The notes under the pieces are model-generated. The model was not told where the DNA came from, made no database searches, and saw nothing but the letters and a program-made list of their open reading frames with translations. Below, piece by piece: positions 50,901 to 63,526 of a stretch of 64,000 nt of DNA. The stretch comes from Mobula hypostoma (lineage: Eukaryota): positions 4,712,001 through 4,776,000 of the forward strand of contig NC_086108.1 in NCBI RefSeq assembly GCF_963921235.1. Direction: 5' to 3'. The translations under genes were made by a program, and so were the position numbers. The first letter of the stretch is position 1; the number at the start of each line of letters is the position of its first letter.

Positions 50901-52484
50901 GATTCTGTGGAGAGCTGGTGCTGTAAAACACTGTGCTAACCATTTGCTACTGGGCCTCCCCTTTATGCCACCTCCCCACCCCCCTACGCTACTGTCGCTG
51001 GCTGTAAGGAGTTTGTATGTTCTCCCCATGAATGCGTGCATTTCCTCCGGGTGTTCCAGTTTGCTTCCACAGTCCAAAGGCATACTGATTGGTAGGTTAA
51101 CTGGTCATTGTTAATTGCCCCATGATTAGTCTAGGTTTAAATCAGCTGCATCTCAATAATAAAAAAAAATTTCAGTAAATAAATCTGCAAAATAAAAATA
51201 AATAGACTTGGCGATTGTTACTTTAAAACTACTAGAAACCCACCTTTCTCATTCTAGAGTGGTTGACCCTTAATTACTGAGATGATCCTGATACAGATTC
51301 AAGGCAATCTGTATGAGTAAGAAATGTTGGTACTATCAGCAATATTCTCTCCCACTGAGCAGATAATGATCTACTCCTCTAATCTCTTTTTGCACTAACT
51401 GGACAGTAAGCAACTGCAATCAATTGAGAGAAATCCCCTGGGTCCCCTCCTCCTTCCCTTTCTCCTACGGTACACTCTCGTCTCCGATCAGATTCCTTCC
51501 TCTGCAACCCTTTACCTTTCCCACCCTTTTGGCTTTACCTATCACTTTCTATCTGCTTCCTCTCTCCCCACCTTTTTATTCCAGCGTCTTCCCCCTTCCT
51601 TCTCAGTCCTGATGAAGGGTCTCGGCCTGAATCGTCGACTCTCTACTCTTTTCATAAATGCTATATGACCTGCTCAGTTCCTCCAGCATTGTGTGTGTGT
51701 GGCTTTGGATTTCCAGTATCTGCAGGATTTCCCGTGTTAGTGAAATGAGTCATTTGCTTCAATGAGCAATAGTCCAAGGATGTGCAAGTGTCACCATGCT
51801 TCTGGCACCTACATAGCTTTCCCACAACTCACCAACCCTAACCATGGGATTATTTGCAATGTGGGTAGAAACCAGAGCACCCAGAAGAAACCCACACGGT
51901 CACAGAGAGAATGTACAAATTCTTTATAGACAATGGCTGGAATTGTGTTAACTGCTTTGCTATTGAACCACCCCTTTACACAACCACTCAGACCCTCTAT
52001 GCTACTACTGGCTGTAAGACTTAACCCTTCACTTCATTGTCTGCTACCTTGGCCCTTAAGGAGAAATACTATACATGCTGGGTGGCGGGGTGGAGATACG
52101 TCTCTACCAAAGGAGGTGTAAGGTGCTCCCTCCCTCCGCTAACCTGCAGGTTAAGGTGTAGCACCTGCTTAGCCCCACTCACCCCCGATCACGCTCACGT
52201 GAAGCCATGGGGGCAGTATGGTCGTACGAGCAGCCGGTGCATATCACAAGACATGGTTATGTGACCACTGACACCAGGCAGACAGTCTCTGAAGAGTATT
52301 GATAATGGCTGGGGTTGCCCATCTTGTAAAGACACTGTCCAGAAGAAGTGGGCAGTGAGTACAGATCCAAAGCTGCCAACCCCCTTCATTCTCAGAATCA
52401 TTCTCGTGTACCTCCTCTGGACACTCTCCAATGCCAAACCACTTCTACAGAAAAATTTGCCAAGAACAGTCCATATGACCCTAA

Positions 52485-55400
52485 GACATAGGAGCAGAAT
52501 CAGGCCACTCAGCCCATCCAGTCTGCTCCACCATTCCATCATGGCTGATGCCAGATTCCACTCAACCCCATAGACCTGCCTTCTCACCATATCTTTTGAA
52601 CCCTAACTGATGAAGAGACGACCAACTTCTGCCTTAAATATACACACGGACTTGGCTTCCACCGCACTCTGTGGCAGAGTATTCCACAGATTCACTACTC
52701 TCTGGCTAAAAAAAAAACCTTCCTTACGTCTGTTCTAAAGGCTCGCCCCCTCAATTTTGAGGCTGTGCCCTCTAGTTCTGGATACTCCCACCTCACAAAA
52801 CATCCTCTCCACATCCACCCTATCTAGTCCTTTTCACACAAGATACTCTGCAGACGCTGGGGTCAAAGCAACACTAACAACACACTGGAGGAACTCAACA
52901 GGTCGGGCAGCATCCGTGGAAATGATCAGACAACATTTCGGGCCGGAACCCTTCGTCAAGACTGTAGGGGGAAGGGGCAGAGGCCCTATAAAGAAGGTGG
53001 GGGAGGGTGGGAAGGAGAAGGCTGGTAGGTTCCAGGTGAAAAACCAGTAAGGGGAAAGATAAAGGGGTGGGGGAGGGGAAGCAGGGAGGTGATAGGCAGG
53101 AAAGGTGAAGAAGGAATAGGGGAAAACACAATGGGTAGTAGAAGGAGGCGGAATTCTCCAACTTCCGGTAATTCCCTCCCCCTCCCTTCCCCTATCCCTA
53201 TTTCACTCTGCCCCCGCCCCCAGCTGCCTGTCACCCCCCTCATGGTTCCGCCTCCTTCTACTATCCATTGTGTTTTCCCCTATTCCTTCTTCACCTTTCC
53301 TGCCTATCACCTCCCTGCTTCCCCTCCCCTTCCCCTTTATCTTTCCCCTTACTGGTTTTTCACCTGGAACCTACCAGCCTTCTCCTTCCCACCCCCCCCA
53401 CCTTCTTTATAGGGCCTCTGCCCCTTCCCTCTTCAGTCCTGACGAAGGGTTCCAGCCCGAAACGTTCCTCCAGCGTGTTGTGAGTGTTGCCTAGTCCTTT
53501 TGACATTCAGTAGATTTCAAAGAGATCCTCCCACATTCTTCTAAATTCCAGTGAGTACAGGCCCAAAGCTGTCAAATGCTCCTCATGTGTTAACCCCTTC
53601 ATTCTCAGAATCATCCTCATGAACCTCTTCTGGACTCTCTCCAATGACTATACATCCTTTCTGATATATGGTGTCCAAAACAGTTGACAATACTCCAAGT
53701 GCAGCCTGACTAGTGTCTTATAAATGCTCAGCATTATCTCCTTGCTTTTATATTCTATTCCCCATGAAATAAATGCCAGCATTGCATTTGCCTTCTTTAC
53801 CAGAGACTCACCTGTAAATTAACTTTCTGTAAGTGTTGCATGAGGACTCCTAAGTCCCTCTGCACCTCTGATGTTTGAACCTACTCCCCATTTAGATAAT
53901 AGTCCACATTATTGTTGCTTTTACCAAAATGCATTATCATACACTTCCTAACACTTTATTCCATCTGATACTTGTTTGCTCATTCTTCTAATATGTCTAA
54001 GTCCTGATGCAATCGCATTGCTTCCTCAGCACTAACTACCCCTCCTCCTATGTTCGTATCATCTGCAAACTTTGCCACAAAACCATTAATTCCATTATCC
54101 AAATCATTGACAAACAATGTGAAAAGCAGCGGTCCCAATACTGACCCCTGAGGAACACCACTAGTCACTGGCAGTGAACCAGAAAAGGCTCCTTTTATTC
54201 CTACTCTATCCATGCCAGTATCTTTCCTGTAACGCTATAGGACTTTATGTTGTTAAGTAGCCTCATATCTGGCACCTTATCAAATGTCTTCTGAAAATCC
54301 AAGTAAATGACATCCACTGACTCTCCTTCATCGACCCTGCTTGTTACTTTCTCAAAGAACTCTAACAGATTTGTCAGTCAAAATTTCCCTTTCCAGAAAC
54401 CTCTTTCTAAAGATGTAATTCCACCTCTTACCAACAGAGCCACACCACCACCTATGCCTTCCTGCCTGTCCTTTCGATACAAGGTATATCCTTTGATGTT
54501 AAGCTCCCAACTATTGGCCTTCTTTCAACCACAACTCAATGATGCCCACAAAATGATACCAACCAATCTCTTAATTGTGCCAGGAGTTTGTCCAACTTAT
54601 CCCGAATGCTGCGCACATTTAAATACAGCACCTTCAGTCCTGCAATGTTTGCCCTTTTGAATTTTGCCTCTGTGGTACAAATTAATTCTCTGTCTGCATT
54701 TGTACCCAGTCATTGGCTTGTCCTTCCTTACATTCATATTACACCCATCATCTACTGGTAAACCTGCTGGCTCATCCTCAGCTCTGTCATCCCGATTCCC
54801 ATCCCCCTGCCATATTAGCTTAAACCACTCCCAACAGCTCCAGTAAATCTGCCCACAAGAATATTGGTCCCCCTTGGATTCGAGCGCATTCTGTCCCTTT
54901 TGTACCTGCCCCAGAAGAGGTCCCAATGATCCAGAAATCTGAATCCCTGCTCCCTGCTCCCTGCTCCAATTCTTCAGCCACGCATTTATCCTCCACCTCA
55001 TTCTATTCCTCCTCACTCTCGCATGGTACAAACAGCAATCTGAGATTACTACCCTTGAGCGCCTGCTTCTCAGCTTCCTTCCTAACTCCCTTTATTCTTT
55101 TTTTCAGGACCTCCTCTCTTCTCTTTCCTATATCAGTGGTACCAATATGTACCATGGCTTCTGGCTGCTTATCCTCCCTTTTCAGGATATTGTGGATGCT
55201 TCCACATACACCTCAGACCCTGCACCTCAGGGACAAACTACCATCCGTGTTTCCTTTTTGCGTCCACAGAATCGATTATCCTTCCCCCTGACTATAGAGT
55301 CCCCTATAGCTGCTGCCACAGTTCCCCACGCTTCTCAGCCACAGGGCCAGACTCAGTGCCAGAGGCATGGCTGCTGTTGCTTCCCCCAAGTAAGTCCTCC

Positions 55401-55600
55401 CTGCCAAAAGTACTCAAAATGGAATACTAATTGTTGAGGGAGACAGCCACAGGGGTGCTCTCCACTATCTGACGTTCCCTGTTCCCTCTCCTGACAGTCA
55501 TCCATTTATCTTTCTCCTGTAGGCTTGGGGTGACTACCTCCCTGTAATATCTGTCTATCATTTCTTCACTTTCCCTAACAAGCCAAAGGTCATCGAGCCC
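52485..55600 (-). mobile_element. Near full-span CR1 with large internal deletions
   Basis: Esterase ORF1 (~54850-55310), APE start (~54400-54640) fused to RT (DFQKTFDKVP; GVPQGSVLGPLLF..FADDT at 53980-54213), intact 3' end at ~52485. Confidence 0.9.
52835..53490. mobile_element. Long palindromic PLE insertion, subfamily 2, 11-bp TSD
   Basis: CTAGTCCTTTT at 52824-52834 and 53491-53501; inverted arms 52870-53153 and 53245-53490. Confidence 0.88.
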
Positions 55601-57199
55601 AGCTCCACTTCCAGTTCCTGTACTGTAATGATCTATGCTCTATGTTCTCTATGTTCTACCTTATTGGTAGGACTACATTTGAAGACCATCAGAACTGCAG
55701 CTGCCGAAACTGGAGTTTGTTGGATCATAGAAAGACTTGCATTTAACCTACTGCATATTCTTCCAAAATGTGTGTCAACTGGTTGTTGTGATGTGTCTAG
55801 TGTGGTAGTGTAGTGGGTAGTGCTTGTTGTTCTCGCTCTCAGCTTTCACGGCTGGCTTCCAGTCTTGTGAAAAGGACAGCTAAATGTGTAAGTCTCAACC
55901 TGCCAGTACACAGTCTCTCGGGGGGGGGGGGGGGCTACTGGTTAGGATTGAAGTAAGCTGCAGAGAGTTGTAAAATTAGTCAGTTCCATCATTATGGACC
56001 TCCACCACCAATAACATGTCTTTTTCTCATTGCTACCATCAGGAGCCTAAAGGCACACACTGAATATTTCAGGAACAGCTCCTTCCCCTCTGCCATCCAA
56101 TTTCTGAATGAACACTACCTCACTACTTCATATTTCTATTTTTGTACTACTTACTTAATTTAACAATTTAATATATATATTTACTGTAATTCACGTTTTT
56201 TCCTCTATTATTATGTATTGCATTATACAGCTGCCACAAAGACAACAAATTTCGCAACATAGGCTGGTAATATTAAACCTGATTCTGATTCTAATTTTCC
56301 ATCCAAAAACATCCCAATTGATTTCAAAGTCAAAAGTGGTTTCTTCTAGAATGCAAAACAGCTTAGCTTCAACCTGCTGAATTTGGAACACGTTCCACGG
56401 CCATTCAGAACAAGTTTGTGCTGTCAAATGGGGCTATAAATGGGCCACTTCGATGCACTTGAACAGGAGCTGGTGGCTTTTGAAGCGGTGCCGATTGAAA
56501 AAATGTTGCCAATTGTGCTTCATTTCCTCTCCTCCCCTTCAGTTTCGGCAAGACAAAACTAGCCCCATTACAGCGTGCCACACAAAAAGTTGAAAAGGCA
56601 GCTTTGTGTCCCAAGCAGTATTAGAAGAGAAATGAGACACAATGGAAGGGATTTAAAAAAATCCCAAATCATCTGGCATTCATTGGTCACGTCTGGGTAC
56701 AAAGCCCTTTAAGCAATGAGCACACACTACATGCCACTCTGAACTTTTCAGTAAGTTCAGAGGACAAAGCTTCAAGCTAGAAAACATCTTCAAATACAAA
56801 AGAAGTGAATAAATCTCTCCAGCCTCAGTTAAACACCTGAGCATCATCCACATCATGATCAATTGAAAGGCCAGGCTGCAGATTTACAACATGACTTTAA
56901 ACAGGAACAGGATCCCTTGATCCCATTCCACTGTTGCAATTTCCCCTCCTCTTTTCGTATCCTTTCATTTCTTGTTCATGCAACAATCCATCAATCTGAT
57001 TTGAGCATTCACAGCACGGACAGAGAACTTGCAACGTTCTTAGTGAGTGAAAAGGTGTCTCATCTAAACGACCAACTCCTTTATCTGTAACCCTTGTTTC
57101 TGGTAACAAGAATCTTGCTTGAGAACACCAAATAGACTTACAGATCATTGCAGCACAGCAAAAGACCCTTTGGTCCATCTAGTCCCTGCTGAATTAGGA

Positions 57200-57785
57200 G
57201 TTTACGGAGAATTGGTATGTCACCAAAAGCACTCACAAGCTTCTACAGATGTTCCGTGGCCAGCACTCTAACTGGCTGCATTGCAGTTCGCCATGGCAGG
57301 GCGGGGGGGCGGGGGGGGGGCTACGGCACAACATTGAAATAAGCATCAGAGAGTTATGACCTTAGTCAGCTCCATCATGGACACTAGACTCGTTCATAGT
57401 ATCCAGGGCATCTTCAAGGAGCGATGCCTCAGAAAGGAGGCATCCATTATTAAGGGCCCCATCACCCAGGACGTGCCCTCTTCTCATTACTACCATCAGG
57501 GAGGAGGTACAGGAAACTGAAGACACACACTCAATGATTCAGGAACAGCTTCTTCCCCTCTGCTATCCGATTTCTGAATGGACACTGAACCCATGAACAC
57601 TATGTCACTACTTTTTAAAAGTTTTAATTTTTGAACTAATTTAATTGAACTATTTAATATACATATATTCACTGTAATTTACAGTTGTTTTTCTCTGTTA
57701 TTACGTATTAAATTGTATTGTACTGCTGTCGCAAAGACAACAAATTCCACGACATAGGCCTGTGATATTAAATCTGATTTTGACT
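57200..57785 (+). mobile_element. Rex1/Babar 3' fragment
   Basis: FYRCSVASTLTGCI, LPSGRRYR, RNSFFPSAIRFLN. Confidence 0.8.
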
Positions 57786-58494
57786 TATCCAAGTTTCTCT
57801 GAAATGTTGAAATCGAACCCCCATCCACTACTCTTCCTGGCAGCTCGTTGCGCATTCTCACCACCCTTGACTCTTGGTATCTAACCCGTCAATCCTTCGC
57901 AGAATCGTACACATTTCAATACAATCCCTCTTACTCTCCTAATCCCTACTGAATGGAGACTAGTTCTATTTCTTTGTTAGAAGCATTGAATTTGCCAAAA
58001 TTCAAACTGAAATCTAGAAATTTGACCTACTGGTAATATGACACCTACTGTGATCTTAAAACCATTTTAAATACCTTACAATTCAAAGATTCAATGGCTC
58101 ACTTTAATATCAGAGAATGTATACAGTATACAACCTGAAATTCTTACTCTTCACAGATATCCACCAAAAGAAAACCCACAAGAAATGAATGACAGAAAAA
58201 TATGAGGCCCTCTCCCCCAATGCACAAGCATCCCCTCACCTCCCCCACTTGCTCCAGCAAAATCATTAACCCCCTCCACCCCCACTCTGCAATAGCGAAG
58301 CCCTCAGAGACTATGATCTAGAATCCATCGAAAAACACAGTCCGTCCTAAAACTTCGACATCTCAACCAGGCTTTCTCTCTCACTGACGAGGGAGAGAGA
58401 TATCGCTCCTGCAACAAACCCCTTCCCTCTCCCTCCTGCTACAATCTGCCCCTCCTGCAGCACTTATTCAAGTTCCCCTGACTTGAGGACCAAA

Positions 58495-61400
58495 AGGAAG
58501 GAGAGGAAGGGAACAGGAGGAGCAGAAGGAGGAGGGGGGAGGAGAGGGGAAAAGGAGGGGACAGGGAGGGAGAGGGGGAAGGAGGAGAGGGGGAGTGGGG
58601 GAGGGAGAGGGAGGGAAGGGGAGAGGGTGGGGAGGGGAGAGGGTGGGGAGAGGAGAGGGAGGAGGAGGAGGAGGGGAAGATAGGGAGGAGGAGAGGAGGG
58701 GGTGAGAGGGAGGGGAAAGGGGAAGGAGGGAGAGGGAGGGGAGGGGGAAGATGGGGAGGAGGAGAGGGGGAGGGAGAGGGGGAGAGGGAAGATGGGGAGG
58801 AGGGGGGAGAGGGAGAGGGGGAGAGGGAAGATGGGGAGGAGGAGAGGGGGAGGGAGAGGGGGAGAGGGAAGATGGGGAGGAGGAGAGGGGGAGGGAGAGG
58901 GGGAGAGGGAAGATGGGGAGGAGGGGGGAGAGGGAGAGGGGGAGAGGGAAGATGGGGAGGAGGGGGGAGAGGGAGAGGGGGAGAGGGAAGATGGGGAGGA
59001 GGAGAGGGGGAGGGAGAGGGGGAGAGGGAAGATGGGGAGGAGGAGAGGGGGAGGGAGAGGGGGAGAGGGAAGATGGGGAGGAGGAGAGGGGGAGGGAGAG
59101 GGGGAGAGGGAAGATGGGGAGGAGGGGGGAGAGGGAGAGGGGGAGAGGGAAGATGGGGAGGAGGAGAGGGGGAGGGAGAGGGGGAGAGGGAAGATGGGGA
59201 GGAGGAGAGGGGGAGGGAGAGGGGGAGAGGGAAGATGGGGAGGAGGAGAGGGAGAGGGAGAGGGAGGGGAGGGGGAAGATGGGGAGGAGGAGAGGGGGAG
59301 GGAGAGGGGGAGAGGGAAGATGGGGAGGAGGAGAGGGGGAGGGAGAGGGGGAGAGGGAAGATGGGGAGGAGGGGGGAGAGGGAGAGGGGGAGAGGGAAGA
59401 TGGGGAGGAGGAGAGGGGGAGGGAGAGGGGAGAGGGAAGATGGGAGGAGGGGGGAGAGGGAGAGGGAGGGGAGGGGGAAGATGGGGAGGAGGAGAGGGGG
59501 AGGGAGAGGGGGAGAGGGAAGATGGGGAGGAGGGGAGAGGGAGAGGGGGAGAGGGAAGATGGGGAGGAGGAGAGGGGGAGGGAGAGGGGGAGAGGGAAGA
59601 TGGGGAGGAGGGGGAGAGGGAGAGGGAGGGGAGAGGGAAGATGGGGAGGAGGAGAGGGGGAGGGAGAGGGGGAGAGGGAAGATGGGGAGGAGGAGAGGGG
59701 GAGGGGAGGGGGAGAGGGAAGATGGGGAGGAGGAGAGGGAGAGGGAGAGGGAGGGGAGGGGGAAGATGGGGAGGAGGAGAGGGGGAGGGAGAGGGGGAGA
59801 GGGAAGATGGGGAGGAGGAGAGGGAGAGGGAGAGGGAGGGGAGGGGGAAGATGGGGAGGAGGAGAGGGGGAGGGAGAGGGGGAGAGGGAAGATGGGGAGG
59901 AGGAGAGGGAGAGGGAGAGGGAGGGGAGGGGGAAGATGGGGAGGAGGAGAGGGGGAGGGAGAGGGGGAGAGGGAAGATTCGGAGGAGGAGAGGGGGAGGG
60001 AGAGGGGGAGAGGGAAGATGGGGAGGAGGAGAGGGAGAGGGAGAGGGAGGGGAGGGGGAAGATGGGGAGGAGGAGAGGGGGAGGGAGAGGGGGAGAGGGA
60101 AGATGGGGAGGAGGAGAGGGGGAGGGAGAGGGGGAGAGGGAAGATGGGGAGGAGGAGAGGGGGAGGGAGAGGGGGAGAGGGAAGATGGGGAGGAGGAGAG
60201 GGGGAGGGAGAGGGGAGAGGGAAGATGGGGAGGAGGAGAGGGGGAGGGAGAGGGGGAGAGGGAAGATGGGGAGGAGGGGGGAGAGGGAGAGGGAGGGGAG
60301 GGGGAAGATGGGGAGGAGGAGAGGGGGAGGGAGAGGGGGAGAGGGAAGATGGGGAGGAGGAGAGGGGGAGGGAGAGGGGGAGAGGGAAGATGGGGAGGAG
60401 GGGGGAGAGGGAGAGGGGGAGAGGGAAGATGGGGAGGAGGAGAGGGGAAGGGAGAGGAAGGGGAGGGGGAAGATGGGGAGGAGGAGAGGGGGAGGGAGAG
60501 GGGGAGAGGGAAGATGGGGAGGAGGAGAGGGGGAGGGAGAGGGGGAGAGGGAAGATGGGGAGGAGGAGAGGGGGAGGGAGAGGGAGGGGAGGGGGAAGAT
60601 GGGGAGGAGGAGAGGGGGAGGGAGAGGGGGAGAGGGAAGATGGGGAGGAGGAGAGGGGGAGGGAGAGGGGGAGAGGGAAGATGGGGAGGAGGAGAGGGGG
60701 AGGGAGAGGGGGAGAGGGAAGATGGGGAGGAGGAGAGGGGGAGGGAGAGGAAGGGGAGGGGGAAGATGGGGAGGAGGAGAGGGGGAGGGAGAGGGGGAGA
60801 GGGAAGATGGGGAGGAGGAGAGGGGGAGGGAGAGGGGGAGAGGGAAGATGGGGAGGAGGAGAGGGGGAGGGAGAGGGGGAGAGGGAAGATGGGGAGGAGG
60901 AGAGGGGGAGGGAGAGGGGGAGAGGGAAGATGGGGAGGAGGAGAGGGGGAGGGAGAGGGGGAGAGGGAAGATGGGGAGGAGGAGAGGGGGAGGGAGAGGG
61001 GGAGAGGGAAGATGGGGAGGAGGAGAGGGGGAGGGAGAGGGGGGAGAGGGAAGATGGGGAGGAGGGGGGAGAGGGAGAGGGAGAGAGGGAAGATGGGGAG
61101 GAGGGGGGGAGGGAGAGGGGGAGAGGGAAGATGGGGAGGAGGAGAGGGGGAGGGAGAGGGGGAGAGGGAAGATGGGGAGGAGGAGAGGGGGAGGGAGAGG
61201 GGGAGAGGGAAGATGGGGAGGAGGAGAGGGGGAGGGAGAGGAAGGGGAGGGGGAAGATGGGGAGGAGGAGAGGGGGAGGGAGAGGGGGAGAGGGAAGATG
61301 GGGAGGAGGAGAGGGAGAGGGAGAGGGAGGGGAGGGGGAAGATGGGGAGGAGGGGGGAGAGGGAGAGGGAGAGAGGGAAGATGGGGAGGAGGAGAGGGGG

Positions 61401-63420
61401 AGGGAGAGGGGGAGAGGGAAGATGGGGAGGAGGAGAGGGGGAGGGAGAGGGGGAGAGGGAAGATGGGGAGGAGGAGAGGGAGAGGGAGAGGGAGGGGAGG
61501 GGGAAGATGGGGAGGAGGAGAGGGGGAGGGAGAGGGGGAGAGGGAGAGGGAGGGGAGGGGGAAGATGGGGAGGAGGGGGGAGAGGGAGAGGGGGAGAGGG
61601 AAGATGGGGAGGAGGAGAGGGAGAGGGAGAGGGAGGGGAGGGGGAAGATGGGGAGGAGGAGAGGGAGAGGGAGAGGGAGAGGGGGAGAGGGAGAGGGAGG
61701 GGAGGGGGAAGATGGGGAGGAGGGGGAGAGGGAGAGGGGGAGAGGGAAGATGGGGAGGAGGAGAGGGGGAGAGGGAGAGGGGGAGAGGGAAGATGGGGAG
61801 GAGGAGAGGGAGAGGGAGAGGGAGGGGAGGGGGAAGATGGGGAGGAGGAGAGGGGGAGGGAGAGGGGGAGAGGGAGGGGGAGGGGAGGGGGAAGATGGGG
61901 AGGAGGGGGGAGAGGGAGAGGGAGAGGGGGAGAGGGAAGATGGGGAGGAGGAGAGGGGGAGAGGGAGAGGGGGAGAGGGAAGATGGGGAGGAGGAGAGGG
62001 GGAGGGAGAGGGGGAGAGGGAAGATGGGGAGGAGGGGGGAGAGGGAGAGGGAGAGAGGGAAGATGGGGAGGAGAGGGGGAGAGGGAAGATGGGGAGGAGG
62101 AGAGGGGGAGGGAGAGGGGGAGAGGGAAGATGGGGAGGAGGAGAGGGGGAGGGAGAGGGGGAGAGGGAAGATGGGGAGGAGGGGGGAGAGGGAGAGGGAG
62201 GGGAGAGGGAAGATGGGGAGGAGGAGAGGGAGAGGGAGAGGGAGGGGAGGGGGAAGATGGGGAGGAGGAGAGGGGGAGGGAGAGGGGGAGAGGGAAGATG
62301 GGGAGGAGGAGAGGGAGAGGGAGAGGGAGGGGAGAGGGAAGATGGGGAGGAGGGGGGAGAGGGAGAGGGGGAGGGGGAAGATGGGGAGGAGGAGAGGGGG
62401 AGGGAGAGGGGGAGAGGGAAGATGGGGAGGAGGAGAGGGAGAGGGAGAGGGAGGGGAGAGGGAAGATGGGGAGGAGGGGGGAGAGGGAGAGGGGGAGAGG
62501 GAAGATGGGGAGGAGGAGAGGGGGAGGGAGAGGGGGAGAGGGAAGATGGGGAGGAGGGGGGAGAGGGAGAGGGAGGGGAGGGGGAAGATGGGGAGGAGGA
62601 GAGGGGGAGGGAGAGGGGGAGAGGGAAGATGGGGAGGAGGAGAGGGGGAGGGAGAGGGGGAGAGGGAAGATGGGGAGGAGGAGAGGGGGAGGGAGAGGGG
62701 GAGAGGGAAGATGGGGAGGAGGAGAGGGGGAGGGAGAGGGGGAGAGGGAAGATGGGGAGGAGGGGGAGAGGGAGAGGGAGGGGAGAGGGAAGATGGGGAG
62801 GAGGAGAGGGAGAGGGAGGGGAGGGGGAAGATGGGGAGGAGGAGAGGGGGAGGGAGAGGGGGAGAGGGAAGATGGGGAGGAGGAGAGGGAGAGGGAGAGG
62901 GAGGGGAGAGGGAAGATGGGGAGGAGGGGGAGAGGGAGAGGGGGAGAGGGAAGATGGGGAGGAGGAGAGGGGGAGGGAGAGGGGGAGAGGGAAGATGGGG
63001 AGGAGGAGAGGGAGAGGGAGAGGGAGGGGAGAGGGAAGATGGGGAGGAGGGGGGAGAGGGAGAGGGGGAGAGGGAAGATGGGGAGGAGGAGAGGGGGAGG
63101 GAGAGGGGGAGAGGGAAGATGGGGAGGAGGGGGGAGAGGGAGAGGGAGGGGAGGGGGAAGATGGGGAGGAGGAGAGGGGGAGGGAGAGGGGGAGAGGGAA
63201 GATGGGGAGGAGGAGAGGGGGAGGGAGAGGGGGAGAGGGAAGATGGGGAGGAGGAGAGGGGGAGGGAGAGGGGGAGAGGGAAGATGGGGAGGAGGGGGGA
63301 GAGGGAGAGGGGGAGAGGGAAGATGGGGAGGAGGGGGGAGAGGGAGAGGGGGAGAGGGAAGATGGGGAGGAGGAGAGGGGGAGGGAGAGGGGGAGAGGGA
63401 AGATGGGGAGGAGGGGGGAG
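58495..63420 (+). repeat. ~4.9-kb polypurine/polypyrimidine minisatellite
   Basis: Main unit GGGAAGATGGGGAGGAGGAGAGGGGGAGGGAGAGGGGGAGA (41 bp) with length variants; essentially one T per unit and almost no C. Confidence 0.97.
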
Positions 63421-63442
63421 ACTTCTTTTGGTAGCAGCATAC

Positions 63443-63526
63443 ACTGCTGTCTCGATGTTTCAATCTCTCGTAACGTTTTAGGCGGTGACATCGACGAGGA
63501 ATTGGGTCATCCACAGGGCCGCACCC
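63443..63526 (-). CDS. Candidate host-gene exon (84 nt)
   Basis: Acceptor atttaatatcttag|, donor T|GTATGC; only open frame is [28 protein letters not shown]; CpG-rich unique sequence. Confidence 0.45.

Noticed and set aside
51244..51308. Minus-strand exon-like segment with good splice signals
   Set aside because: Stop codons in all three frames; cannot be supported as coding
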